39,580 nt of DNA from Alphaproteobacteria bacterium (lineage in GTDB: Bacteria; Pseudomonadota; Alphaproteobacteria; JACZXZ01), in assembly GCA_035516655.1 (NCBI GenBank), contig DATJAC010000324.1, positions 1 to 39,580 of the forward strand, read 5' to 3'. A program made the position numbers and the translations under genes. This document shows, one piece after another, positions 9,422-18,997 of this stretch. The notes beneath the pieces are model-generated. The model did no database searches and was not told the DNA's origin. It saw nothing but the letters and a program-made list of their open reading frames with translations. Each line of letters begins with the position of its first letter. Positions within the stretch are counted from its first letter, which is position 1.

Positions 9422-10328
9422 CGCCGGCACGGCGCGGGAGGGCCTTGCCCCGCAGATCTCGCCCGCACTCGACGCCTGGCGACGATTCCGGCGCCATCGT
9501 CTGGCCGTCGCAAGCGCGGTCATCCTCATCGGGATGACGCTGGCGGTGGCCTTCGGCCCGGCACTCTGGCCGGTGTCGATCAACGACATCGACTTCACCG
9601 CCCGACTGCAGCCGCCGGGCCCGGCGCATCCACTCGGCACCGACGATCTCGGGCAGGATCTCCTGGCGCGCATGCTTTACGGCGGCCGCATCTCGCTCGC
9701 GGTCGGTTTCGCCGCGATGGTGGTGTCGCTGATCGCGGGTACCCTGGTCGGCGCCGTCGCCGGCATTTCGCGCGGCAGCATCGACGCGGCCCTGATGTGG
9801 CTGACCGACCTCTTCCTGTCGCTGCCGCAACTGCCGCTGCTGCTCGTCATCATCTATCTCTTTCGCGACTCGCTCAAGGCGGTGGTCGGGCCGGAAGGCG
9901 GGGTCTTCATCCTCGTCGTCGCCGTCATCGGGGGCTTTCGCTGGATGCCGGTCGCGCGCCTGGTGCGCGCACAGTTCCTGTCGCTGCGGGAAAAGGAGTT
10001 CGTCGAGGCGGCACGCGCGCTCGGCGCCTCGACGACGCGGCAGGTCATGCGCCACATCCTGCCGAACGCGCTGGGCCCGGTGATCGTGGCGGGCACGATC
10101 AACGTCGCCGACGCCATCATCGCGGAATCGACCCTCTCCTTCCTCGGCCTCGGCTTCCCGCCGGACATCCCGACGTGGGGGCGGCTCCTGTTCGACGCCA
10201 AGGACTATCTCGACATAGCCCCCCACTGGGCGCTGTTCGCGGGGGCTGCGATCTTCCTCGCCGTGCTCACCATCAACTTCGTCGGCGACGGCCTGCGCGA
10301 CGTGCTCGACCCGCGCAGGGTCATGTGA
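9387..10328 (+). CDS. ABC transporter permease (DppC/OppC-like)
   Basis: 313 aa. HPLGTDDLGQDLLARMLYGGRISL and the C-terminal GDGLRDVLDPR are typical. The start is uncertain because the longest ORF overlaps the upstream gene by 35 nt. Confidence 0.85.
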   Translation: MAGSTPASLTADAGTAREGLAPQISPALDAWRRFRRHRLAVASAVILIGMTLAVAFGPALWPVSINDIDFTARLQPPGPAHPLGTDDLGQDLLARMLYGGRISLAVGFAAMVVSLIAGTLVGAVAGISRGSIDAALMWLTDLFLSLPQLPLLLVIIYLFRDSLKAVVGPEGGVFILVVAVIGGFRWMPVARLVRAQFLSLREKEFVEAARALGASTTRQVMRHILPNALGPVIVAGTINVADAIIAESTLSFLGLGFPPDIPTWGRLLFDAKDYLDIAPHWALFAGAAIFLAVLTINFVGDGLRDVLDPRRVM

Positions 10329-10333
10329 GCGCC

Positions 10334-11326
<993 letters not shown>

Positions 11327-11347
11327 CGGCATGAAAACGGACCCGCC

Positions 11348-12322
<975 letters not shown>

Positions 12323-12395
12323 GGCGCGCAGCATAGTGCCCGTTGGCGGCGTGGCGCGCTTTCGACGAGCTCGACGGCGTCGGTCGATACGAGGC

Positions 12396-13109
12396 TCAGC
12401 CCGGGATCGGCAGGTAGACGCGGCGGCGCTTGCGCTCGGCGTGGGCGAGCGCCCCGCCATAGATCTGCTTCGAGGCCTCGATCATGACCACGCCCGCGAA
12501 GCTCTCGAGCCAGCGTGCCCCCGCCCCCTCCCAGGCCGGCGCCCAGGTAAGCAGGAAACGCCGGCGCGAGGGCGGCATGAAAAGCGCACTCGCCGATTGG
12601 ATCGGCGTGAACATGTTGTCGCGCAGCAGGTGCGAGAGCTGGTCGAGCGTGTAGGGGAGCCCGTGGCCGAAGGGCGTGCGCTCGAGCCGCGCCCAGATGC
12701 CGCGCCGGTTGGGTACCACGGCGACGAGGCGCCCGCCGTCGCGCATGACGCGCCAGATCTCGCGCAGCATGCCGCGCACCTGCTCGCTGTGCTCGAGTGA
12801 ATGCACGAGGAGCACCCGATCGAGCGAAAGATCGGGGAGCGGCAGCTCGGCCTCGTCCGCGAGGGCCACGAGGCTCGGCTCGCCCGGCGGCCAGCGCATC
12901 ACGCCCTGTGCTGCCGGCATGATGGCGAGCACCCGCTCGGCCTCCTCCATGAAGGGGCGCAGGTAGGGCACGGCATAGCCGAAGCCGAGCAGGCGCTCGC
13001 CCTCGAGCGTGGGCCAGATGCGGCGCAGGCGCCGGCGAATGAGGCGCGTCGCCATCTGGCCCAGGCTGGTGCCGTAGAACTCATGCAGGTCGACGACATC
13101 GCACGCCAT
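12396..13109 (-). CDS. class I SAM-dependent methyltransferase
   Basis: 237 aa with LLGFGYAVPYL (motif-I-like), LDRVLLVHSLEH and GGRLVAVVPN. It is divergent from gloB, a pairing common in alphaproteobacteria. Confidence 0.75.
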   Translation of the reverse strand: MACDVVDLHEFYGTSLGQMATRLIRRRLRRIWPTLEGERLLGFGYAVPYLRPFMEEAERVLAIMPAAQGVMRWPPGEPSLVALADEAELPLPDLSLDRVLLVHSLEHSEQVRGMLREIWRVMRDGGRLVAVVPNRRGIWARLERTPFGHGLPYTLDQLSHLLRDNMFTPIQSASALFMPPSRRRFLLTWAPAWEGAGARWLESFAGVVMIEASKQIYGGALAHAERKRRRVYLPIPG

Positions 13110-13159
13110 GGCCGGCGAAGGATAGCATAGCGTCGCACCCGGTGCGCGCGGGCCGCGCA

Positions 13160-13210
13160 GCGCCGGCGAAGCGCGCGGCGCCGGCGGGGCGCGCGGCGCC
13201 GGCGGGGCTG
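13160..13210. repeat. 18-bp tandem repeat, about 2.8 copies (GCGCCGGCGRRGCGCGCG)
   Basis: Units at 13160-13177, 13178-13195 and 13196-13210 (partial), read directly. They lie in the methyltransferase/gloB divergent intergenic region. Confidence 0.9.
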
Positions 13211-13288
13211 GCAGACCGGCGTTGTTGTGCTAACGTCGCGTCCGGGTAAGCCCTCCCCGCGCCCGAACTCAAGCCCCGAGACCGAACC

Positions 13289-14059
13289 ATGTCGATCCTG
13301 GAAATCGCCCTCGTCCCGTGCCTCAAGGACAATTATGCCTATCTCCTGCGCGATCCCGCGACAGGGGCCGTGGGCGTCGTCGATCCCTCCGAGGCGGCCC
13401 CCGTCGAGGCGGCTCTCAGCGCCCGCGGCTGGACGCTCACTCACATCCTCAACACCCATCACCATTGGGACCACACCGGCGGCAATCCGGCCCTCAAGGC
13501 GGCGACGGGTGCCGTCGTGGTCGGACCCAAGGCGGACCGGGAGCGCATTCCCGTAATCGACGTCGCCGTGGACGAGGGCGAGACCTTCATGCTCGGCCAG
13601 GCCGAGGCGCGGATCCTCTTCATCCCCGGCCACACGCGCGGGCACATCGCCTTCTGGTTCCCGGAATCGAAGGCGGTCTTCTGCGGCGATACGCTCTTCG
13701 CCATCGGCTGCGGCCGCACCTTCGAGGGCACGGCAGCGCAAATGTGGCACTCGCTCGGCAAGCTCAAGGCGCTGCCCGCGGACACGCGCGTCTATTGCGG
13801 GCACGAGTACACCCAGGCGAACGCGCGCTTCGCCCTCACGGTCGAGCCGCAGAATGCCGCGCTCAAGAGCCGTGCCCGCGCCGTCGATGCCGCGCGCGCC
13901 AAGGGCCAGCCGACGATCCCCTCGACCATCGGCGAGGAGCGCGCGACCAACCCCTTCTTCCGCGCCGACGAGCGCAGCATCGCCGAGACGATCGGGCTCG
14001 CCGGGGCGGACGCGGTCGCCGTCTTCGCCGAGGTGCGCCTGCGCAAGGACAAGTTCTGA
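13289..14059 (+). CDS. gloB: hydroxyacylglutathione hydrolase (glyoxalase II)
   Basis: 256 aa. The metallo-beta-lactamase motif NTHHHWDHTGGN, GHTRGHI and CGHEYT are present, and the C-terminus is typical of GloB. Confidence 0.9.
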   Translation: MSILEIALVPCLKDNYAYLLRDPATGAVGVVDPSEAAPVEAALSARGWTLTHILNTHHHWDHTGGNPALKAATGAVVVGPKADRERIPVIDVAVDEGETFMLGQAEARILFIPGHTRGHIAFWFPESKAVFCGDTLFAIGCGRTFEGTAAQMWHSLGKLKALPADTRVYCGHEYTQANARFALTVEPQNAALKSRARAVDAARAKGQPTIPSTIGEERATNPFFRADERSIAETIGLAGADAVAVFAEVRLRKDKF

Positions 14060-14076
14060 AATACCGGGGAATGCCC

Positions 14077-14676
14077 ATGAAGCTCCGCCATGGAACGACC
14101 TCGCCCTTCGTGCGCAAGGTGATGGTGGTCGCCCACGAGACCGGGCTCGCCGGGCGCATCGAGCGCATTGCGACGAAGGTATGGGCGCCCGACACCGACA
14201 TCGCCCGGGACAACCCGCTCGGCAAGATCCCCGCCCTCATCCTCGACGACGGCACCGTGCTCTACGATTCGCCGGTCATCTGCGAGTATCTCGACAGCCT
14301 GAGCGGCGGCATCAAGCTCTTCCCGGTGGGGGCTGCGCGCTGGCCCGCGCTCAAGCTGCAGGCCTTGGCCGACGGCGTGCTCGATGCCGCGATCGCCCGG
14401 CGACACGAGGGCCAGCGCCCGGGCGAGCGGCAGGAGAAGTCCCTGATCGCGCGCCACGCCGAGGTAATGAAGCGCGCCATGTCGGCCCTCGAGGGAGAGG
14501 CAGGAGCTTGGGGCGATGCGCTCACCATCGGCCAGATCGCGACCGGGGTCGCCTGCGGCTATCTCGACTTCCGCTTCGGCCATGAGGACTGGCGCCCCGG
14601 CCGGCCGCAGCTCGCCGCCTGGTACGAGCGCTTCGCCAAGCGCCCCTCGATGCAGGCGACCGTGCCCAAGGAGTAG
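14077..14676 (+). CDS. glutathione S-transferase
   Basis: ATG at 14077 (alternative 14071) follows GGGGA. The N-terminal thioredoxin-like region has SPFVRKV, KIPALILDDG and LYDSPVICEYL, and there is a helical C-terminal domain. Confidence 0.85.
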   Translation: MKLRHGTTSPFVRKVMVVAHETGLAGRIERIATKVWAPDTDIARDNPLGKIPALILDDGTVLYDSPVICEYLDSLSGGIKLFPVGAARWPALKLQALADGVLDAAIARRHEGQRPGERQEKSLIARHAEVMKRAMSALEGEAGAWGDALTIGQIATGVACGYLDFRFGHEDWRPGRPQLAAWYERFAKRPSMQATVPKE

Positions 14677-14688
14677 CGGCGCTCAGCA

Positions 14689-14716
14689 CTCCCTCTCCCG
14701 CAAGCGGGCGAGGGAG
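14689..14716. repeat. CCCTCTCCCGC-type palindromic hairpin (family F), possible terminator of the GST gene
   Basis: CTCCCTCTCCCGC aa GCGGGCGAGGGAG has one mismatch. It begins 13 nt after the GST stop. Related hairpins are at 16984-17018 and 20014-20040. Confidence 0.7.
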
Positions 14717-14787
14717 TTCTTCGCGATCTGTTTCGCGCGGGAATAAATCGTCGCCGGGCGCGGTCTGGAGGAGAGGGCAGGAGAGGC

Positions 14788-15342
14788 ATGCCAGGCGACA
14801 GCAAGCAGGCTCGCTTCGAGCGCGAGGTGCTCCCCCATTTGGACGCTGCGTACAATCTGGCGCGCTGGTTCATGCGCGGAAGCGGGGATGCCGAGGATGC
14901 CGTACAGGAGGCCTGCCTCAGGGCTTTTCAGTATTTCGACGGCTTCCACGGCGGAAACGCGAAGGCGTGGCTGCTCAAGATCGTGCGCAACTGCTGCCTC
15001 ACGGCACTGCGGGGCCGGCCGCACATGGAATCGATGAGTGCGGACGAGGAGGGCCGCTTCGACCCCGCGCACGAGCTCGCGCTCGCAGAGGCGGGCCACG
15101 GCACCCCCTCGGCCGAGGCCCTCCTCATCGCGAAGGCGGAGGCGGCACTCCTGGAGGAGAGCCTCGCCGGGCTCCCTGCCGACTACCGCGAGGTGCTGGT
15201 GCTGCGCGAGGTCGAGGAGCTGAGCTACCGGGAGATCAGCCGGATCGCCGACATCCCGCTCGGCACCGTGATGTCGCGCCTGGCGCGCGGGCGGACGCTT
15301 TTGCACAAGCGACTCGCCGAACGGCTCGCCAAGGAGGGTTGA
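14788..15342 (+). CDS. ECF-type RNA polymerase sigma factor
   Basis: 184 aa. Region 2 is DAEDAVQEACLRAFQYFDGF and region 4 is YREVLVLREVEELSYREISRIADIPLGTVMSRLARGR. Confidence 0.9.
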   Translation: MPGDSKQARFEREVLPHLDAAYNLARWFMRGSGDAEDAVQEACLRAFQYFDGFHGGNAKAWLLKIVRNCCLTALRGRPHMESMSADEEGRFDPAHELALAEAGHGTPSAEALLIAKAEAALLEESLAGLPADYREVLVLREVEELSYREISRIADIPLGTVMSRLARGRTLLHKRLAERLAKEG

Positions 15343-15343
15343 G

Positions 15344-16126
15344 ATGGAGTGCGGCGAAGCACGGGCACTGATCGATCCCTATCTCGACGGCGAATTCGCC
15401 CTCGAGCGCACGCTCGAGCTCGAGCGCCATCTCGAGGGCTGCGCCGATTGCGCCGCGTTGCTCGCGAGCCGTCGGGCCCTGAGCGCCGCCTTGCGCGGCA
15501 AGCTCGCCTATCATGCCGCCCCCCTGTCGCTGCACGGGCGCGTGCGCGCCGCGATCGCGGCAGCGGAGCCGAGCCGGCGCGCGCGCGCCCTGCCGGCACC
15601 CTGGCTGCGCATGGCGGCTTCCTTTTTCCTGGTCGCCGGCCTGAGTGCAGCCCTCACCTACTCGCTCGTCCCGCGCGAGACCGACCTCGTGCCCGATGAG
15701 GTCTTCGCCAGCCACGTGCGCGGCATGCTCTCAGGCACCAGCGGCATCGACGTCGTCTCCTCCGACGAGCACACGGTCAAGCCCTGGTTCGCCGGCAAGC
15801 TCGATTTCTCCCCGCCGGTCGTCGACCTCGCGAGCGACGGCTTCCCGCTTGCAGGCGGCCGGGTCGATTACCTCGCCGGCCGCACGGTGGCGGCCCTCGT
15901 CTACCGCCACAAGAAGCACGTCATCACGCTTTTTGTCTGGCCCCAGGCCGGTCCTGCGCGCGCGATCGCGGCGAGTGCGCGCCGCGGGGACAATCTCGAC
16001 CATTGGTCGGACGGCCGCATGGCCTATTGGGCGATCTCCGATCTCAACGCCGAGGAGCTCGCGGATTTCGCTCGGCACTATGCCGCGGCCGCGGCGGCCG
16101 GAGAGACGGAGAGCAAGCGGCCGTGA
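15344..16126 (+). CDS. zinc-binding (ZAS, zf-HC2) transmembrane anti-sigma factor
   Basis: It starts 1 nt after the sigma stop. The HLEGCADC motif fits H-x3-C-x2-C. There is one predicted TM segment (LRMAASFFLVAGLSAALTYSL) and a ~150-aa extracytoplasmic domain. Confidence 0.85.
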   Translation: MECGEARALIDPYLDGEFALERTLELERHLEGCADCAALLASRRALSAALRGKLAYHAAPLSLHGRVRAAIAAAEPSRRARALPAPWLRMAASFFLVAGLSAALTYSLVPRETDLVPDEVFASHVRGMLSGTSGIDVVSSDEHTVKPWFAGKLDFSPPVVDLASDGFPLAGGRVDYLAGRTVAALVYRHKKHVITLFVWPQAGPARAIAASARRGDNLDHWSDGRMAYWAISDLNAEELADFARHYAAAAAAGETESKRP

Positions 16127-16141
16127 GCGCCTCTGCCGGCC

Positions 16142-16867
16142 TCACGCCATATATTGCCCGCCGTTGAGCGAGAGCGTCGAGCCGGTGATGAAGCCGGCCT
16201 GATCGGAGGCGAGGAAGACGACGGCGCGGGCGACCTCCTCGGGCTCGCCGAGCCGCCCCACCGGGATCTGCGGCAGGATCTTGCTCTTGAGCACGTCCTC
16301 CGGCACCGCACGCACCATCTCGGTACCGATATAGCCGGGGGCGACCGCGTTGACCGTGATGCCCTTGTTGGCGTTCTCCTGCGCCACCGCCTTGGTGAAG
16401 CCGACGATGCCCGCCTTCGCGGCCGAATAATTGGACTGGCCGAATTGGCCCTTCTGGCCGTTGATCGAGCTGATGTTGACGATGCGGCCGAAGTTGCGCG
16501 CGCGCATGCCCTCGATCACGTTGCGGGTCATGTTGAAGAGCGAGGTGAGGTTGGTCTCGATCACCTGATGCCATTGCTCGGGCGTCATGCGATGGAGCGT
16601 AGCATCGCGGGTGATCCCGGCATTGTTGACCAGGATGTCGATCGGGCCCGCCTCGGCCTCGACCTTGGCGATGCCCGCCTTGCACGCCGCAAAATCGGCC
16701 GCGTCCCACTTGAAGACATGGATGCCTGTCTCGGCGTTGAAGGCCTTGGCGGCCTCGTCGTTGCCGGCATAAGTCGCCGCCACCGTGCACCCGGCGGCCT
16801 TGAGCCCGCGGCTTATGGCAGCCCCGATCCCGCGCGTGCCTCCGGTAACGAGTGCCACCCGTGCCAT
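16142..16867 (-). CDS. phaB: acetoacetyl-CoA reductase
   Basis: 241-aa SDR with TGGTRGIG, NNAGIT, the Y-x3-K motif in YSAAKAG and the characteristic C-terminus LSLNGGQYMA. Confidence 0.92.
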   Translation of the reverse strand: MARVALVTGGTRGIGAAISRGLKAAGCTVAATYAGNDEAAKAFNAETGIHVFKWDAADFAACKAGIAKVEAEAGPIDILVNNAGITRDATLHRMTPEQWHQVIETNLTSLFNMTRNVIEGMRARNFGRIVNISSINGQKGQFGQSNYSAAKAGIVGFTKAVAQENANKGITVNAVAPGYIGTEMVRAVPEDVLKSKILPQIPVGRLGEPEEVARAVVFLASDQAGFITGSTLSLNGGQYMA

Positions 16868-16983
16868 CTTGCGTCCCTCCCGAATGCGGTTCTTCTTGGG
16901 GGTTCATCAAACCACAAAACGGCAATGGGGAACAGCAGCGCACGGCGGCCCGCCAGGCCGCCGCCTGAAGGCCAGGTGCCGCT

Positions 16984-17018
16984 CCCACCCTCTCCGCTCA
17001 AGCGGCTGAGAGGGTGGG
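16984..17018. repeat. family F palindromic hairpin between the cupredoxin stop and the phaB start
   Basis: CCCACCCTCTC (16984-16994) pairs perfectly with GAGAGGGTGGG (17008-17018), and there is an inner CGC/GCG stem. Confidence 0.75.
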
Positions 17019-17031
17019 GAAGCATTCCCCG

Positions 17032-17409
17032 CTACTCGACGACCACGCTACCCTGCAGGCGGGGATGGATGGAGCAGAAGTACTTGAACGTGCCCGCCTC
17101 GGTGAAGGTGAAGGCGAAGCTGTCGTCGGTGTCGAGTGCCGGCGACTTGAACAGCTTGGGATCGCCGTCGCTCGCCACCGTATGGACGTCGTCGTCCTTG
17201 TTGGTCCAGGTGACCTTGGTGCCGCGCGGCACGGTCAGAGTGGCCGGACCGAACTTATAGTCGTTGATCACCACGTCGGCCGGAGACGACGCAGCCGCGA
17301 GACTGCGCCAGCCAAGCCAGGACCCGGAGAAGAGCAGCAGGACGGCCACTGCGCCGAGAACGATGACGCAGCGCCTGCCCGGCTTCGACGCGACCATCGC
17401 CCGCCTCAC
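17032..17409 (-). CDS. amicyanin-like type-1 cupredoxin with N-terminal membrane anchor/signal
   Basis: 125 aa. VTWTNKDDDVHTV and FTFTEAGTFKYFCSIHPRLQGSVVVE align, from memory, to Paracoccus amicyanin VTWINREAMPHNV / LTFTEAGTYDYHCTPHPFMRGKVVVE. There is an ATGA overlap with the upstream gene. Confidence 0.8.
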   Translation of the reverse strand: MRRAMVASKPGRRCVIVLGAVAVLLLFSGSWLGWRSLAAASSPADVVINDYKFGPATLTVPRGTKVTWTNKDDDVHTVASDGDPKLFKSPALDTDDSFAFTFTEAGTFKYFCSIHPRLQGSVVVE

Positions 17410-18344
17410 GAGGCAAGCGTGGCATCGGTCAGCATGACGGGCTTGTCATGCACGACGTCGACCCGGCGCACGCCCAGCATCGATTTGAGCTGCTCGGCGG
17501 CCACCTTGAGCGGACCGGGGCTGGCACCCGGCGTGTCGGGGGCGGCCTGGGGGAAGGCGGTCGAATAGGCGGTGCGGAGCGAGACGTTGCCCTCGACCTT
17601 CTGGATCACCTGGTGGATGTGGCCGTTGAGCACGGTGACCGAGCCGAAGCGCTTGAGGAGGTCGATCGCCGGGGCGGCATCGTCCGTACCCCAGCCCCAA
17701 TTGGCGGAGACCGTCCAGAGCGGCATATGGGCGAAGACCACGATGGGCGTGCTCGCACTCTTGCCCTTGACGTCGTCCTCGAGCCACTTGATCTGCTCGG
17801 GGCCGAGGTAGCCGAGCCCGCCGGGCCGCAAGTCGACGACATTCACGAGTCCGATGAAATGCACCCCGCCCTGGTCGAAACTGTACCAGCCGCTGGTGCT
17901 CTTCTCGTTTCCGAAGCGCTCGAAGAACGACTTGCCTTTGTCGCCGATGGTGTCGTGCTCGCCCGGCACGTAATGGGTCTCGAGATTGGCGCCCTTCATG
18001 ATCGCGGCCGCCAGCTCGAATTCCTCGGGCTTGGCGAGGTGGCTCACGTCGCCGGTATGGAGCAGCATCGCCGGCCGCACGGCAGCGACCTTGGCGAGCG
18101 CTTCCTTGAGGGTGCCGCCGGGATCGGGATTGACGGGGCCCTTGAAGCCGATATGGGTGTCGCTGATCTGCATGAAAGTGAAGTCGCCGGGCGCCGGGCC
18201 GGCAGCGAGTGCCTCGCCGTCGAGCTGGAACGGCTGCGGCACGCCGCCGCTCACCGCCCACAGCACGCCCGCACTTCCCCACATCATGCACTTCAACAGC
18301 TTCCGGCGTGACGGGCCGGCAGCGGGATCGAATCCGTCGGACAT
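17406..18344 (-). CDS. Tat-exported calcineurin-like metallophosphoesterase
   Basis: 312 aa. The leader is SRRKLLKCMMWGSAGVLWAVSG. Motifs are ISDTHIG, HTGDVSH, VPGEHD (variant of GNHD), FAHMP and NGHIHQ. Confidence 0.85.
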   Translation of the reverse strand: MSDGFDPAAGPSRRKLLKCMMWGSAGVLWAVSGGVPQPFQLDGEALAAGPAPGDFTFMQISDTHIGFKGPVNPDPGGTLKEALAKVAAVRPAMLLHTGDVSHLAKPEEFELAAAIMKGANLETHYVPGEHDTIGDKGKSFFERFGNEKSTSGWYSFDQGGVHFIGLVNVVDLRPGGLGYLGPEQIKWLEDDVKGKSASTPIVVFAHMPLWTVSANWGWGTDDAAPAIDLLKRFGSVTVLNGHIHQVIQKVEGNVSLRTAYSTAFPQAAPDTPGASPGPLKVAAEQLKSMLGVRRVDVVHDKPVMLTDATLAS

Positions 18345-18408
18345 TGTCGCCTCCTAACGTCTCCCACCATGGTGTGGGTCAATGGTGCAGATTCGCGGCG
18401 CGCGCGAT

Positions 18409-18444
18409 TTATTCCCGGCCGGTCCGCGGAATTTCCGGGAATAA
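18409..18444. promoter_or_regulatory. perfect 10-bp inverted repeat TTATTCCCGG-N16-CCGGGAATAA in a divergent promoter region (candidate operator)
   Basis: Read directly. It lies between the phosphoesterase/cupredoxin operon and the cytochrome operon. A third CCGGGAAAT copy is at 18522-18530. Confidence 0.35.
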
Positions 18445-18535
18445 GACCGAGCACTCGCGGGTCTGGCCTGATGAGCGATGGCCTCGATCGGGCAGACAAA
18501 GGCACTCCGCCAAGCGGGACTCCGGGAAATATCCG

Positions 18536-18997
18536 ATGACGCAAAGGACGCTTCTAGCCGGCGCATTCATTGCGGCGGCCCTCCTGACGACGGCGGCAGA
18601 GACGCTCGCGGGGGAGGATGCAGCCTCGGCTTTCCGGCACCGCGAGGACACCATGAAACGGATGGGCCGCGCGCTCTACGGCGGCATCGGCCGGGTCGTC
18701 AAAGGAACTGCCGCTTATGGCCCGGATACCGTCGCCGCCGCCGAGACGGTTGCGTCGCTCGCTCGGACGATCGAGACGTTGTTTCCGGCGGGGTCGAACG
18801 TCGATGACAGCAGGATGCTGCCGGAGATCGCAACCGCCCAGGATCGGGTGAGGTCGCTGGCTGCGACGGTTCAGGATGCCGCCGGCCAACTCGTTGCCGT
18901 CGTGAAAAGCGGCGACAGGGTAGGGATCGCGACGGCATATGCGGCGCTGAAAGACGACTGCGAAGCCTGTCATTCCAAATTCCGCAAGCCGGAATGA
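18536..18997 (+). CDS. class II cytochrome c (cytochrome c-prime / c556 family)
   Basis: 153 aa. The Sec-type signal is MTQRTLLAGAFIAAALLTTAAETLAG. It is four-helix-bundle sized, with a single CEACH haem motif 9 residues from the C-terminus. Confidence 0.8.
   Translation: MTQRTLLAGAFIAAALLTTAAETLAGEDAASAFRHREDTMKRMGRALYGGIGRVVKGTAAYGPDTVAAAETVASLARTIETLFPAGSNVDDSRMLPEIATAQDRVRSLAATVQDAAGQLVAVVKSGDRVGIATAYAALKDDCEACHSKFRKPE

Noticed and set aside
9797-10333. Long N-terminal extension of the DppD-like ATPase ORF. Similar extensions occur at 4454-4576, 5221-5310, 25711-25863, 26268-26603 and 27432-27506.
   Set aside because: The extensions overlap upstream genes or intergenic repeats and are R/P/A-rich. 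They precede internal starts that have ribosome-binding sites and give family-typical N-termini.
13318-14676. 452-aa ORF spanning gloB and the GST gene
   Set aside because: Only the last ~200 codons (from ATG 14077) look like a GST. The upstream part is an alternative frame of gloB and is R/P/G-rich.
16124-16144. A short hairpin (GTGAG...CTCAC) in the 15-bp gap between the convergent anti-sigma and phaB stops, as a bidirectional terminator
   Set aside because: The stem is only 5 bp, with a 13-nt loop and no flanking U-tracts. This is too weak to call.
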